The notes: generated from the sequence alone by a model not told the origin. 40,514 bases of DNA from Clostridia bacterium (GCA_017440765.1 JAFSGO010000038.1:1-40514); one strand, 5' to 3'. Shown: positions 1 to 8,717, counted from the stretch's first letter. Program-made: numbers and translations.

Positions 1-908
1 GCGATTCCGGCAGCGTTGTCCGCCGAATACATGGGTGGTGCGAAAATGCCGTTAAAACGTTCTTGCAGAGCGGCGCGCAACAGCGTGTTGGACATCACTC
101 CACCGGCATACACCACCGGCAGATCGCCGTACTGTGCCAGCAGTTGCTCCGTCATACTAACAAGCGCCGACTCAACACTGAGCAAGCAAAAACGCGCCAC
201 TTCGGCGGGCTGTGCACCGTCAGCAAGTAGGCGGCGGCACTGATTTTCCACACCCGAAAGATGGCAACAAGCACCCTCCATGGACGGTTTAGGCAAGCGA
301 GTAGCTTTCGCGTTCTGTGACAACTCATCCAGAGCGGGACCCGCCGGGAACGGCAAGCCCAACAGACCGCCGACGCGGTCGATAAGCTGTCCCGCTTTAA
401 GATCCAACGAACGGGCAACCGAGGTGCATGAAATAACCGTTTCCGTGTGTGGCTTAACAAGCAACGCTTCGGTCGTGCCACCGGATACGTGAAACGCCAA
501 AAACGGCTTGTGCCGCAACGATAATCGCTCGGCACCGTACAGCGCCGCCATGACGTGACCTTGCTGATGGGTAAACCGATACAGCGGTTTTGCGGTAGCG
601 GCCGCAAGCGCACGCGCCGTCCCCTCACCTGCTAAAAAGCAGGGCATATACGAGCCCTCTGCCTCCATCGGTCGATCCGACACGCCAAAGGCCTCAGGCG
701 ATACGATTTCCGTTTCGGCAAACAGCTGCTCAACCAGTGTCGGCAACTGCTTAACATGATGAAAGACCGCGTCACTTTGACGAAGCCCCAGTTCACCCGC
801 CTTGACCGGTAAAAGTTGTTTTACTTGCCAAAGCGCCCCCGTCGCTGCATTAAAAGCCGCGGCGGAGGTCGTATAATTGCTGGTATCCAGCCCTATATAA
901 AAACTCAT
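1..908 (-). CDS. Kae1/TsaD-family (ASKHA fold, peptidase M22-like) protein, truncated by the window edge
   Basis: Absent from the ORF track because it runs off the window. The reverse-strand ATG at 906-908 opens a frame to position 1: MSFYIGLDTSNYTTSAAAF...RFTHQQGHVMAA...FHVSGGTTE...VYAGGVMSN. The N-terminal DTSN loop and HxxGH metal motif fit the family. Confidence 0.6.
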   Translation of the reverse strand, partial: MSFYIGLDTSNYTTSAAAFNAATGALWQVKQLLPVKAGELGLRQSDAVFHHVKQLPTLVEQLFAETEIVSPEAFGVSDRPMEAEGSYMPCFLAGEGTARALAAATAKPLYRFTHQQGHVMAALYGAERLSLRHKPFLAFHVSGGTTEALLVKPHTETVISCTSVARSLDLKAGQLIDRVGGLLGLPFPAGPALDELSQNAKATRLPKPSMEGACCHLSGVENQCRRLLADGAQPAEVARFCLLSVESALVSMTEQLLAQYGDLPVVYAGGVMSNTLLRAALQERFNGIFAPPMYSADNAAGI

Positions 909-909
909 A

Positions 910-1308
910 TTACGCCTCGTGTCGGCGAGCAATACCGCCTAACACGCCGTTGATAAACGAGGCGTCGGCATCGCCGCCGTAACGTTTGGCAAGCTCAACC
1001 GCCTCATTAATAGAGACACTGACGGGAATCGAACTTTCCCACAGCATCTCATAGATCGCAAGACGTAAAATCGCCAACGCGATACGGGATAAGCGTTCTT
1101 TACTCCATTTATGGGAAAATTCCGAGATCTGTGCATCGATCTCCTCGGTGTGTGCCAAGACACCCTCGGTGAGCAACAGCGCAAACGGGTCACGCACGAT
1201 CTCTCTGGCTTCACCGGCATTTTCTAATATTTCATCAAGCGGTGTGTCCGAAAAACTCTTTTCGAACAGCAACACAAATGCAAGTTCTCTTGATTCCCGT
1301 CGCGTCAT
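910..1308 (-). CDS. nusB: Transcription antitermination factor NusB
   Basis: MTRRESRELAFVLLFE...RLAIYEMLW...INEAVELAKRYGGDADASFINGVLG is a textbook NusB sequence. I chose the internal ATG (MTRRE) over the longer ORF-track start. Confidence 0.9.
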   Translation of the reverse strand: MTRRESRELAFVLLFEKSFSDTPLDEILENAGEAREIVRDPFALLLTEGVLAHTEEIDAQISEFSHKWSKERLSRIALAILRLAIYEMLWESSIPVSVSINEAVELAKRYGGDADASFINGVLGGIARRHEA

Positions 1309-1380
1309 ACTACGCCCTTGCCTTTCCTTAATACAGAGACAGAGCAAAAGCCCTCTACAAAACTGCAGAGGGTCGTACTC

Positions 1381-1764
1381 TTATTCTGCTTTTTCTTTAT
1401 TTTCTGCTTCCTTTTTTTCTTCCAGTACGATACCGGCAATATGAATATTAACCTTGGTAACCGGACGACCCGTCATAGACTGAACCTCGTCCTTGACAAC
1501 GCGTTGCACTTCACCGGCAACATCCGGAATACGCACGCCTGCTTTCAAATTGATATACAAGTCCACGATGGTTTCGCTCTCATTATTGACGACCGCCACG
1601 CACTTGGTAGCAGAATTACCGACCAGTCCGCGCAGGTCTTTGATGCGGGGTGCCATACCTGCCACGCCCGGCACTTCAACAGCCGCAGTGCTGGCAATTG
1701 TTGCAATCACTTCTTCAGAAATGATGCAGCGCCCTTCCGGAGTTTGATATCCTTTGTCACCCAT
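1381..1764 (-). CDS. Asp23/Gls24-family alkaline shock protein
   Basis: MGDKGYQTPEGRCIISEEVIATIASTAAVEVPGVAGM...VNIHIAGI, with a Lys/Glu-rich tail. AGGAGG lies upstream of the ATG at 1764. Confidence 0.85.
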   Translation of the reverse strand: MGDKGYQTPEGRCIISEEVIATIASTAAVEVPGVAGMAPRIKDLRGLVGNSATKCVAVVNNESETIVDLYINLKAGVRIPDVAGEVQRVVKDEVQSMTGRPVTKVNIHIAGIVLEEKKEAENKEKAE

Positions 1765-1834
1765 AACGATGACCTCCTTTGCATTTATGGCTATATTATA
1801 TACCATAAAGTACCCGAAGGGCAACTGTTTTTTA

Positions 1835-2386
1835 TTATTTTACGGTTACAATATTGATATTTTGTGCCGGAATGTCTGCCTGAGAGGTGACAACCTGCGA
1901 AATTTTAGCCGTATCCTGCACCGTCAAGCTATCACTTTGTACCACCACGCTGCATGATCCGTCTGCAATGTACACCACACAATCCGCAAACCCTTTCGCC
2001 TTGATAATGCTTTCTATATTGCTCTCCTGTTCGATCGCCTTGGTAATGGCAATCACCTCAGCGGTAGCGGTCTTTTTCTGCTCATCGGTAATCTTGACAT
2101 CATTCAGCAGATCTTTCACCGTCTGCACCGCTTCTTCGCGGGCAGCTTTTCTGCTTCCCCGTGCCTGCTCAAAATACTCTTTTGCCGTCGGGGTATCGGC
2201 AGTTCCGTTAACATTGATCGCCTCGCCCAGCGTTTTATCGTCGCTTGGCTGTTCGCTCTGTGTGTTGCTGTTATCCACTATACCGGTTGGCCCCTCCGCA
2301 AAAAAATAATTGAGATAGATCGCCACACCGAGAGCAAGTATCAAGGTGCCGAGCAGCACCGTCTTTTTCCCAAGAAACTTTTTCAT
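1835..2386 (-). CDS. spoIIIAH: Stage III sporulation protein AH
   Basis: Last gene of the spoIIIA operon by position. It has an N-terminal TM helix (MKKFLGKKTVLLGTLILALGVAIYL) followed by a soluble domain. AAGGAG lies 8 nt before the ATG at 2386. Confidence 0.7.
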   Translation of the reverse strand: MKKFLGKKTVLLGTLILALGVAIYLNYFFAEGPTGIVDNSNTQSEQPSDDKTLGEAINVNGTADTPTAKEYFEQARGSRKAAREEAVQTVKDLLNDVKITDEQKKTATAEVIAITKAIEQESNIESIIKAKGFADCVVYIADGSCSVVVQSDSLTVQDTAKISQVVTSQADIPAQNINIVTVK

Positions 2387-2399
2387 AACACGAACTCCT

Positions 2400-2954
2400 T
2401 TATGATAATTTTGTAACACAAACACGTTTGGAAGAAATGTTCAAGGCAACTGTCACCGCTTGCGACACGCGAGCACGCACCTCCTCGTTATCGCCGCCCT
2501 CACAGACCACCACTACGCCGCGCACGGTCGGTTGAATTTCGGTCACAAGAAGGCCCTTATTACCGTTGTCGGTTTCGATAAGGATCGCCGCGCTTTCGCT
2601 GTCGTCCCGCTGTGTTAACCGCGTATCCCCATCGCTGGTATCTTCCTCGCGGTCGGAATTACTTCTTTGCTCGGTCGCGTAAACGTATTCCACACCGTTT
2701 TCCAGCGTTACCATGACCTGACACGCTCCCGCACCGTCAATACTCCCGATCAAAGCGGCCAACCGTTTCTCCGTACGACAAATAAAATCGTCGGCGGTCA
2801 GCACTTCCGTTTTTTCAACCTTTTCGGGGATAAGTTCCGGGATAACCAGTAACGCCACGCCAAGGATACCGCAAACAATAAGTGCCGTGCGCGCTTTGCC
2901 GGACGTTGAAAACGCTCGCAAGCGCCCCGACCATGCCGATAGAATTTCCTGCAT
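2400..2954 (-). CDS. spoIIIAG: Stage III sporulation protein AG
   Basis: Single N-terminal TM helix, an acidic linker and a C-terminal VRGVVVVCEGGDNEEVRARV...ISSKRVCV block typical of SpoIIIAG. Operon position agrees. Confidence 0.8.
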   Translation of the reverse strand: MQEILSAWSGRLRAFSTSGKARTALIVCGILGVALLVIPELIPEKVEKTEVLTADDFICRTEKRLAALIGSIDGAGACQVMVTLENGVEYVYATEQRSNSDREEDTSDGDTRLTQRDDSESAAILIETDNGNKGLLVTEIQPTVRGVVVVCEGGDNEEVRARVSQAVTVALNISSKRVCVTKLS

Positions 2955-2960
2955 TTCTCA

Positions 2961-3434
2961 TCACTCCTCTGTTTTAAGAACAATCGTTGTCCCCAAACTT
3001 TTTTCCAACACCTCCCGTACCACTGCCGCCAAAGGGACACTTTGTTTGTCCACGTGGATCGTAATCTGCTTCATATATATGCCTCCCGATTCCGAAGTAT
3101 CCGTCATAACCTCCACTTTTTTGGGAGTGACATTTCGTGCCGTCATCGCCTCCTCCACAAAAGAGACGGCAGCCGTTTTAACCTGTTCCGTCAATTGTTC
3201 GGTCACGCGTTCTTCAAGCAATCCCGTGACGATATCCGGCGGTAACAGATCTATCTCCGGTTCCGGTAATGAGCGAATATTCAACAACGGCAAAGCCAAC
3301 GCACACAGAAAAAACGATGCCGTTATCAATGAAAACAGTTTCCCGCTGCCCACCTTTGGTGCAAGCAAACGGATAGCTGAACAGCCGAGCGCCGCCATAC
3401 AAACGGCGGCACTCCACGCGCGGATCTCATTCAT
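2961..3434 (-). CDS. spoIIIAF: Stage III sporulation protein AF
   Basis: MNEIRAWSAAVCMAALGCSAIRLLAP..., two N-terminal TM helices plus a soluble domain. The start overlaps the spoIIIAE stop as ATGA. Confidence 0.7.
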   Translation of the reverse strand: MNEIRAWSAAVCMAALGCSAIRLLAPKVGSGKLFSLITASFFLCALALPLLNIRSLPEPEIDLLPPDIVTGLLEERVTEQLTEQVKTAAVSFVEEAMTARNVTPKKVEVMTDTSESGGIYMKQITIHVDKQSVPLAAVVREVLEKSLGTTIVLKTEE

Positions 3435-4570
3435 GTCGTTCCTCCCACTGCAACGGCAATGACCGTCAGCGATACCGTTAGCAAGAGTCCGCTGACGCAC
3501 AGCACTCCTACCAAGCACCGCATGATACCGTGTGCTGTTTTAAGAAGTTCCGAAAACGATGACAAGCCGAACAGTTCGGCAGCCATTTCGCCAACCGATA
3601 ACATTAGATTCCAAATCAAGCACGACAACAACGGCGGCAATACGATGATAAGCGTCGCCGCGACACCGAAGCACCCCACGGTTGACCGCAGCAGATGCAG
3701 GCACCCTCGGATGGTAGAAAACGCTTCACTGATCGATCCGCCTACCACCGGCACAAAATGAGCAATCGAAAATCGCAAAGCACGGTCACTGAGTTTATCC
3801 GCCGCGCCGCCTACAAACGTCTGCAAGGACAGCACACCGGTAAAGAGAACCATTCCCAGTGTCAATATCCAGGTCGCCGCCTTTCCGGTCATCGCACCGA
3901 CTCGACCGAGTTTCAACTCCGGTGTGAGCGAACCGGTCAGCCCCAATGCCAACGAAATAGACAAAAGCGGTACGATCAACGACCCCGCTATCCAAGACAA
4001 CAGTTCGGCAGCGTACAGGATGATCGATTGGAACGATACGGCAGCCGACAGTTGCCCTCCGCTCACAAGGATCCCCGCATATACCGGAACAAAACTGGAC
4101 ATAAACACCGACACCGATTTCATCGCCTCGCTTACGCGCTCCAGTTGACCGGCAATGGGCATCATCACCGATCCGCACGCCGCCAGTGCGCAGATAACGC
4201 CGAATACAGACGAGACCTCCTCAGTGCGCAGCGTTTGACGCATACCGTCTACCCACGCATAAATGAGCAAAATACCCAGCACCGTCCCACACGCCGCCAG
4301 CGGCTCACCCGCCGCCGTTTTAAACAACTCCCACAATTCGCCGAGAAACGAATTGGTATCCAACTCCGTAAAGGTGTCCGCTTGCAACGAATCGATGTTT
4401 AAGCGCCGAAGAAGTTCCCGCGTTTCCTCCGGCAAGGAGTCTAACAGGGCTTCTCCACCGCTCGCCTCCAGTTGTTCGCGGTACAACTCGTCAAGCGTCT
4501 GCGCCCGCGCAGGGCAGGCGCACAGCGCCAGTAATACCAGAATGCATATTCCCGCTTTTACCGTCCTCAT
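3431..4570 (-). CDS. spoIIIAE: Stage III sporulation protein AE (polytopic membrane protein)
   Basis: 379 aa with a signal peptide and multiple TM helices. Size and position match SpoIIIAE. Confidence 0.85.
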   Translation of the reverse strand: MRTVKAGICILVLLALCACPARAQTLDELYREQLEASGGEALLDSLPEETRELLRRLNIDSLQADTFTELDTNSFLGELWELFKTAAGEPLAACGTVLGILLIYAWVDGMRQTLRTEEVSSVFGVICALAACGSVMMPIAGQLERVSEAMKSVSVFMSSFVPVYAGILVSGGQLSAAVSFQSIILYAAELLSWIAGSLIVPLLSISLALGLTGSLTPELKLGRVGAMTGKAATWILTLGMVLFTGVLSLQTFVGGAADKLSDRALRFSIAHFVPVVGGSISEAFSTIRGCLHLLRSTVGCFGVAATLIIVLPPLLSCLIWNLMLSVGEMAAELFGLSSFSELLKTAHGIMRCLVGVLCVSGLLLTVSLTVIAVAVGGTT

Positions 4571-4573
4571 CGC

Positions 4574-4966
4574 TTACCCCTTTTCAATGAGCGACAGCGC
4601 AATACTGCCGATCTTTTGAAATAGCGGCAGCGCCAACGTAAGCAAAGTCAGCTTACCGGCAAACTCAGTTTTGGCCGCAAGGCCTTGCTCACCTGCATCG
4701 CGACAGGCATCGGATGCCAACTGCGTGATCACACAAATACCCAGCGCTTTAAACAAAATTTGTATGTATTCTCCGGCAAGACCGCTCGCTTTCAACATTT
4801 CTCGAATATCGCCGAGTAACGGTGCCATAACTCCAAGCGCTGCCGCCACCATCAAGATCCCGGCAATCAACGTCACTGCCATCGCCTGTTCGGGGTGTGA
4901 CCGCCGAAGCATCACTGCCAAGAATGCGGTGATAACCGCCACCGCCGCAACCGCCATCCACTCCAT
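4574..4966 (-). CDS. spoIIIAD: Stage III sporulation protein AD
   Basis: 130-aa membrane protein with ...YIQILFKALGICVITQLASDACRDAGEQGLA..., characteristic of SpoIIIAD. Confidence 0.85.
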   Translation of the reverse strand: MEWMAVAAVAVITAFLAVMLRRSHPEQAMAVTLIAGILMVAAALGVMAPLLGDIREMLKASGLAGEYIQILFKALGICVITQLASDACRDAGEQGLAAKTEFAGKLTLLTLALPLFQKIGSIALSLIEKG

Positions 4967-4968
4967 CG

Positions 4969-5163
4969 TTATAACCCAAACACTGATTTGACCATGCGAA
5001 ACAGATCGCTGATCTCCGTTACGATCATGCTTAACACCACGATCAATCCCGCCAACGTCGTCAGCATTGCCTGCTCCTCACGGCCGGATCGTATCAACAC
5101 TTGATTCAGCACCGCCACGATAATGCCGATCGCCGCGATCTTAAAAATCAGATCCACTTCCAT
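4969..5163 (-). CDS. spoIIIAC: Stage III sporulation protein AC
   Basis: 64-aa two-TM protein: MEVDLIFKIAAIGIIVAVLNQVLIRSGREEQAMLTTLAGLIVVL. The longer ORF-track version is an upstream extension. Confidence 0.85.
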   Translation of the reverse strand: MEVDLIFKIAAIGIIVAVLNQVLIRSGREEQAMLTTLAGLIVVLSMIVTEISDLFRMVKSVFGL

Positions 5164-5182
5164 CGTTCTTCGCCTCTCTTTT

Positions 5183-5692
5183 TTACAAAAGCAGAAGTGC
5201 CGCCGCACTACTGCCGCAAAGCCCGAGCGCCATATACAGCCCGCCTCGGGCACGCGCTTCTTGCTTGCGTTCTTCCAAGCACTCCCGAACCCTTCGGGAA
5301 TAGTACTCGCAATGTTGAACCTCGCCGAGGATATCCGTTGTGCCAAGCACATCTGCAAAATCAAGAAACAACTTCGTTTCTTCTTCAGATAGCGCCCATG
5401 CACGACACTGTTTCTCTACTGCAGACCGCCACGCCACGCGGAATTCACCGTCGGCAGACAGGTGTTTTACCGTCTCCTGCAAGGGCACAAACGCTGAAAA
5501 TTCCGGCATCGCCGCCAATACGCGCAGCACGTCGGCAACCGACATTGCTGTATAGCGAATCCGTTCCGAAAGTCCTTTTACAAAACGTTCAAACAACGAC
5601 AGCATGTTGACGCGGTGTTTCAAAGTGTGCTGCGCGGTCAATCCGGCTCCAAAACCCGTCAGCAGCAATGCCACGATTCCGAACATTTTCAC
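5183..5692 (-). CDS. spoIIIAB: Stage III sporulation protein AB
   Basis: (V)KMFGIVALLLTGFGAGLTAQ TM helix followed by a helical domain. GGAGGA lies 8 nt before the GTG at 5692; the ATG at 5686 is an alternative start. Confidence 0.75.
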   Translation of the reverse strand: MKMFGIVALLLTGFGAGLTAQHTLKHRVNMLSLFERFVKGLSERIRYTAMSVADVLRVLAAMPEFSAFVPLQETVKHLSADGEFRVAWRSAVEKQCRAWALSEEETKLFLDFADVLGTTDILGEVQHCEYYSRRVRECLEERKQEARARGGLYMALGLCGSSAAALLLL

Positions 5693-6590
5693 GTAACCAT
5701 TCCTCCGTTCGCAAGACCTGCGCAATTTCGCCCGGTGCTTGCCGTCCGTGCAGTTGAATCAGATACTCAAACACTCCACGCTCTAACACGTCCCGCAACC
5801 CGTCACGCCGATACAGCTCCTCAAACGATCGCGCGTGCACCGTGGCAACCGTCGGCACACCTCGCAAAAAGCCGTCATATACCGCCGATAACTCATCCGC
5901 ATCTCCCAATTCATCCAATAACACCGCACGCGGTGCCAAACAACGCACCGCCTGTTCGATCCCGGCCGCCTTGGGGGTGTAACACAATACGTCACAACCG
6001 AGAAGCGATCTGCCGCCCGACAGTTCTCCGCGTTCATCGATGACCGTTATCGGCAATCGGCGCTGCGCTAATTGAGTGGCAAGATCACGTAAAACACTGG
6101 TTTTCCCACCGGCAGGTTCGCTGCATATCAGTGCACTGTGTACGCCATCGTCACACAGAAACGGCATCAACCTTTCAGCACAACCGTCATGCTCTCGCCT
6201 CACACGAATACATAAGGCACTGATTGCGCGATAACCGGCAACCGCACCGCTGTCCAGCACCGCCGTTCCGGCAATACCGACGCGGCATCCGCCCGCCGTC
6301 ACAAATCCGCGCCGCAATTCTTCCCAGTGCGCATATACCGAATACTCCAGCAGGCGGTCGGCAGTCTGCCGAAGCAGTGCTTCACTGCATACGATTCCGC
6401 ACGCACGTTGTCCGGTTGTCTTTCCGGCAGCGGTAACAAACCATTCTTCACCGCCAAACCCCAGTGAAACGGCCTGTCCCGACCGTAGACGGATCTCCTG
6501 CACACGGCTGCCGACCGTCTTATCCAACAAAAGCAACGGCACTTGCAATTCCTTCGGTAACAAGGATACCGCCGTTATATACCCGTTCAT
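5589..6590 (-). CDS. spoIIIAA: Stage III sporulation protein AA (AAA+/secretion-type ATPase)
   Basis: MNGYITAVSLLPKELQ..., Walker A EPAGGKTSVLRDLA and Walker B LLDELG. The 3' end overlaps spoIIIAB by about 100 nt. Confidence 0.85.
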   Translation of the reverse strand: MNGYITAVSLLPKELQVPLLLLDKTVGSRVQEIRLRSGQAVSLGFGGEEWFVTAAGKTTGQRACGIVCSEALLRQTADRLLEYSVYAHWEELRRGFVTAGGCRVGIAGTAVLDSGAVAGYRAISALCIRVRREHDGCAERLMPFLCDDGVHSALICSEPAGGKTSVLRDLATQLAQRRLPITVIDERGELSGGRSLLGCDVLCYTPKAAGIEQAVRCLAPRAVLLDELGDADELSAVYDGFLRGVPTVATVHARSFEELYRRDGLRDVLERGVFEYLIQLHGRQAPGEIAQVLRTEEWLRENVRNRGIAADGFWSRIDRAAHFETPRQHAVVV

Positions 6591-6650
6591 GTTCCTCTCC
6601 ACCTGCCTGTCCTATTCCTATGCATGTCCTTGTTCGGTTAGAACAAAAAT

Positions 6651-6692
6651 GAAAAAAGCAACGGGCTTGCCTTTCAGCAAGCCCGTTGCTTT
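6651..6692 (-). terminator. Perfect 14-bp hairpin with a U-tract on the minus strand (orphan intrinsic terminator)
   Basis: agcaacgggcttgc (6657-6670) pairs with gcaagcccgttgct (6677-6690) around a 6-nt loop. The A6 run at 6652-6657 reads as U6 after the stem on the minus strand. Confidence 0.45.
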
Positions 6693-6848
6693 AGTTAGAG
6701 GGGTGTTTTGAGGAGGGGTAATGCACCCAGCTTAACGAAACAGTTCCGGTGCGGCTCCATCCCTGCTCCCTGAGTACGTTTTCAGTGTAACAGACAATTG
6801 CTTGGGGAATGTGAATTGAGTGTGAATAAACTGTAATAAAATTTTTAT

Positions 6849-6884
6849 TCTCAAAAAAACAAACAAATGTTTGCTTTTTTGAGA
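6849..6884. promoter_or_regulatory. LexA (SOS/Cheo-type) operator within a 36-bp near-perfect palindrome
   Basis: The core CAAAC-AAAT-GTTTG (6860-6873) has the CGAAC-N4-GTTCG architecture with symmetric substitutions. It is flanked by TCTCAAAAAA and TTTTTTGAGA arms and overlaps the lexA -35 box. Confidence 0.6.
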
Positions 6885-6899
6885 AAGATGTGTTATACT
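6871..6899 (+). promoter_or_regulatory. lexA sigma-A type promoter
   Basis: TTGCTT (6871-6876), a 17-nt spacer, then TGt-TATACT (6894-6899). It lies 24 nt upstream of the lexA ATG region. Confidence 0.55.
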
Positions 6900-6922
6900 A
6901 TCCTACGAAAGGGTGATACAGT

Positions 6923-7510
6923 ATGAAACCTTTGAACGAAAAACAACAGAAAATGTTAGCTTTTTTAAAAGAGCGTATACGGACCGGTGTCCCTCCCACC
7001 GTGCGCGAAATTTGCGCCGCCGCAGGAATCAAATCCACCTCAACCGTGCACAACTATCTTCAAAAATTCCAAGAAGCCGGGTATATTGACCGCGACACGG
7101 GGTTGACCCGTTCCATTCGTATGCCGGGTGAATCGGTGTCACACGTGCCGTTGCTCGGTAAAGTCACCGCCGGCCTGCCAATTTTAGCGATTGAGGAAGT
7201 CGAGGACTACGTCCCCTACTCCGGCGGCGGATATCCGACCGAGGAGTTGTTTGCCCTGCGCGTGTCGGGTACCAGTATGCTGAACGCCGGCATTTTGGAT
7301 CGTGATATCGTCATCGTTCACAAAACCCCCGCCGCCAATAACGGCGATATCGTGGTGGCGCTCGTCGGCGACGAAGCAACGGTCAAGCGCATTTATTTTG
7401 AGCGGGATCATATTCGCCTGCAACCGGAAAACGATGCATTTGAGCCAATCATTGTCAAAGAAGCGATCGTGCTCGGCAAAGTTGTGTCATTGCTGCGCAA
7501 TTTCGGTTGA
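6923..7510 (+). CDS. lexA: LexA repressor (S24 autopeptidase)
   Basis: Winged-HTH N-domain (PPTVREICAAAGIKSTSTVHNYL), an Ala-Gly cleavage site (KVTAGLP), and the Ser (VSGTSM) and Lys (ATVKR) dyad. Confidence 0.95.
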   Translation: MKPLNEKQQKMLAFLKERIRTGVPPTVREICAAAGIKSTSTVHNYLQKFQEAGYIDRDTGLTRSIRMPGESVSHVPLLGKVTAGLPILAIEEVEDYVPYSGGGYPTEELFALRVSGTSMLNAGILDRDIVIVHKTPAANNGDIVVALVGDEATVKRIYFERDHIRLQPENDAFEPIIVKEAIVLGKVVSLLRNFG

Positions 7511-7535
7511 CAAACACAAAAAATTTGCCTATACT
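7507..7535 (+). promoter_or_regulatory. ssrA promoter
   Basis: TTGACA (7507-7512), a 17-nt spacer, then TATACT (7530-7535). A 9-bp leader hairpin (ccgccgtgt/acacggcgg) follows, before the mature 5' end. Confidence 0.55.
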
Positions 7536-7572
7536 GATACTCCGCCGTGTTTGAGAGCACACGGCGGCATAT

Positions 7573-7924
7573 GGGGACGTAAAGGTTTCGACGGGGACCG
7601 TGAGCCCTGGTAAGCGAGTAGCGGTGCAGGACCGCTATAAACCCTGCAATCTTTTCAAAATAAACGACAACAATAAAGTTGCTCTCGCTGCTTAATTAAA
7701 AGCAGCCGTTCCGCCCCGAAGTACCGCGATCAGGGTTGGAGCGTCGATTAGCGGTGAACGTGAACAAAGCGCTGTCGCGTGCTTTGTCATGACCATGCGA
7801 CTACCGTAACCGAAAGCCTGCCTATCGGCGTTCGGCGAGGGGAATCCCAATTGATCGGCTGCACTCGGAGAAAACCACGGTAAATGATTTTCGGACAGGG
7901 GTTCGATTCCCCTCGTCTCCACCA
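7573..7924 (+). ncRNA. ssrA: tmRNA (transfer-messenger RNA)
   Basis: The 5' end GGGGACGUAAAGGUUUCGACGGGG pairs with the 3' end CGUCUCCACCA, including G3:U. The T-arm is GGGGUUCGAUUCCCC. The tag frame ends ...NNKVALAA with TAA at 7693-7695. Confidence 0.92.
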
Positions 7925-7932
7925 GAAAGACA

Positions 7933-7965
7933 GAAAAGCCGCTAAACAAGCGGCTTTTCTTCGTT
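7933..7965 (+). terminator. ssrA intrinsic terminator
   Basis: gaaaagccgc (7933-7942) pairs with gcggcttttc (7950-7959), followed by a T-rich tail. Confidence 0.6.
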
Positions 7966-8084
7966 TCGCAACGTGGTTGGCATGAATTTGGCAGGAATTT
8001 ACGGGCGCAAATTTTACAACCGCCTGTATATCGTCTGTCAATCAAAGAATATCTTTCCTATGCTTTTTGGCAGGGAGGGATATT

Positions 8085-8501
8085 ATGTCAATTCCGCAGG
8101 AGATCGGTCGAAACATTGTGTTTATGCGCAGCAAGATCGGGGTTACTCAGGAATGGCTCTCACTCGAAACAGAGATTGCCGGCTCTTATTTGCGAGAGAT
8201 CGAGCACGGCCGAGCAAACCCAACCATTGATGTCTTAGGACGCATCGCGCAGGCACTGCAAATCCCGCTCGATCTTCTTGTCACCGAAGGCCTTGAGCAA
8301 AACTACGACCGATATTTCCCCGACAAAGAATTTGATCGCGTTCTTTTCACTGAGGTTGAAGTCTTGTTTTTACACTACATCCTCAAGCAAAGACTTTGCT
8401 CCGACTGCCAGTCTATGGTGGAAACCGAGCGGCAACGATTCAAAAAGACGCATCAGGCGAATGACATCTCTCTCCTCAGTCAGTATATGGGGAGGCGATA
8501 A
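8085..8501 (+). CDS. XRE-family HTH transcriptional regulator
   Basis: MSIPQEIGRNIVFMRSKIGVTQEWLSLETEIAGSYLREIEHGRANPTIDVLGRIAQAL is a canonical XRE HTH. GGAGGG lies upstream of the ATG at 8085. Confidence 0.75.
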   Translation: MSIPQEIGRNIVFMRSKIGVTQEWLSLETEIAGSYLREIEHGRANPTIDVLGRIAQALQIPLDLLVTEGLEQNYDRYFPDKEFDRVLFTEVEVLFLHYILKQRLCSDCQSMVETERQRFKKTHQANDISLLSQYMGRR

Positions 8502-8502
8502 T

Positions 8503-8715
8503 ATGGTTTTGTATAAGCTGCGAATCGATAAGGTGAAGGACGAACAAAATCGGACGCACGCCGTATACGGTGTGGACGTCTTCCAACGCGTCCAGTCTGT
8601 TCCTGACATCTTTACCGACGATCAGAGTGCCGAACGGTTCGTCAACCTGTGCAATCGATTGCAGCTTGCACCGATTCATCTTCACGACGTTATTGAGGAT
8701 ACATTAGCGAAATGA
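8503..8715 (+). CDS. Small conserved hypothetical protein (70 aa), translationally coupled to the XRE gene
   Basis: MVLYKLRIDKVKDEQNRTHAVYGVDVF...LCNRLQLAPIHLHDVIEDTL. GGAGG lies 6 nt upstream. It resembles a small Clostridia-wide family of unknown function, recalled from memory only. Confidence 0.55.
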   Translation: MVLYKLRIDKVKDEQNRTHAVYGVDVFQRVQSVPDIFTDDQSAERFVNLCNRLQLAPIHLHDVIEDTLAK

Positions 8716-8717
8716 CA

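Noticed and set aside
16-628. ORF-track entries 16..243(+), 152..628(-) and 280..492(+).
   Set aside because: They are off-frame or antisense shadows inside the Kae1/TsaD-like gene. The real frame (ATG at 908, open to position 1) gives a coherent family-like protein. These give R/C/P-rich junk.
1318-1857. 179-aa plus-strand ORF (and 1493..1747) opposite the Asp23 gene.
   Set aside because: It is antisense to a confidently identified gene, begins inside the nusB-asp23 spacer without an RBS, and has a low-complexity F/C/H-rich composition.
3695-4402. 235-aa plus-strand ORF, and several other 60-130-aa ORFs, across spoIIIAE-AF.
   Set aside because: Their Arg/Gln/His-rich composition is typical of antisense frames in GC-rich coding DNA. 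The minus-strand spoIIIA genes fully explain the region.
5589-5692. A ~100-nt overlap between the spoIIIAA 3' end and the spoIIIAB 5' end, which might indicate a frameshift or pseudogene.
   Set aside because: Both proteins are full length with intact motifs. The spoIIIAB TM helix requires the upstream start. A C-terminal tail extension of spoIIIAA is the simpler reading. I cannot exclude a sequencing indel without reads.
7692-8045. 117-aa and 84-aa minus-strand ORFs.
   Set aside because: They lie antisense over the tmRNA gene and its terminator. The RNA gene explains the conservation-like structure, and neither ORF has an RBS.
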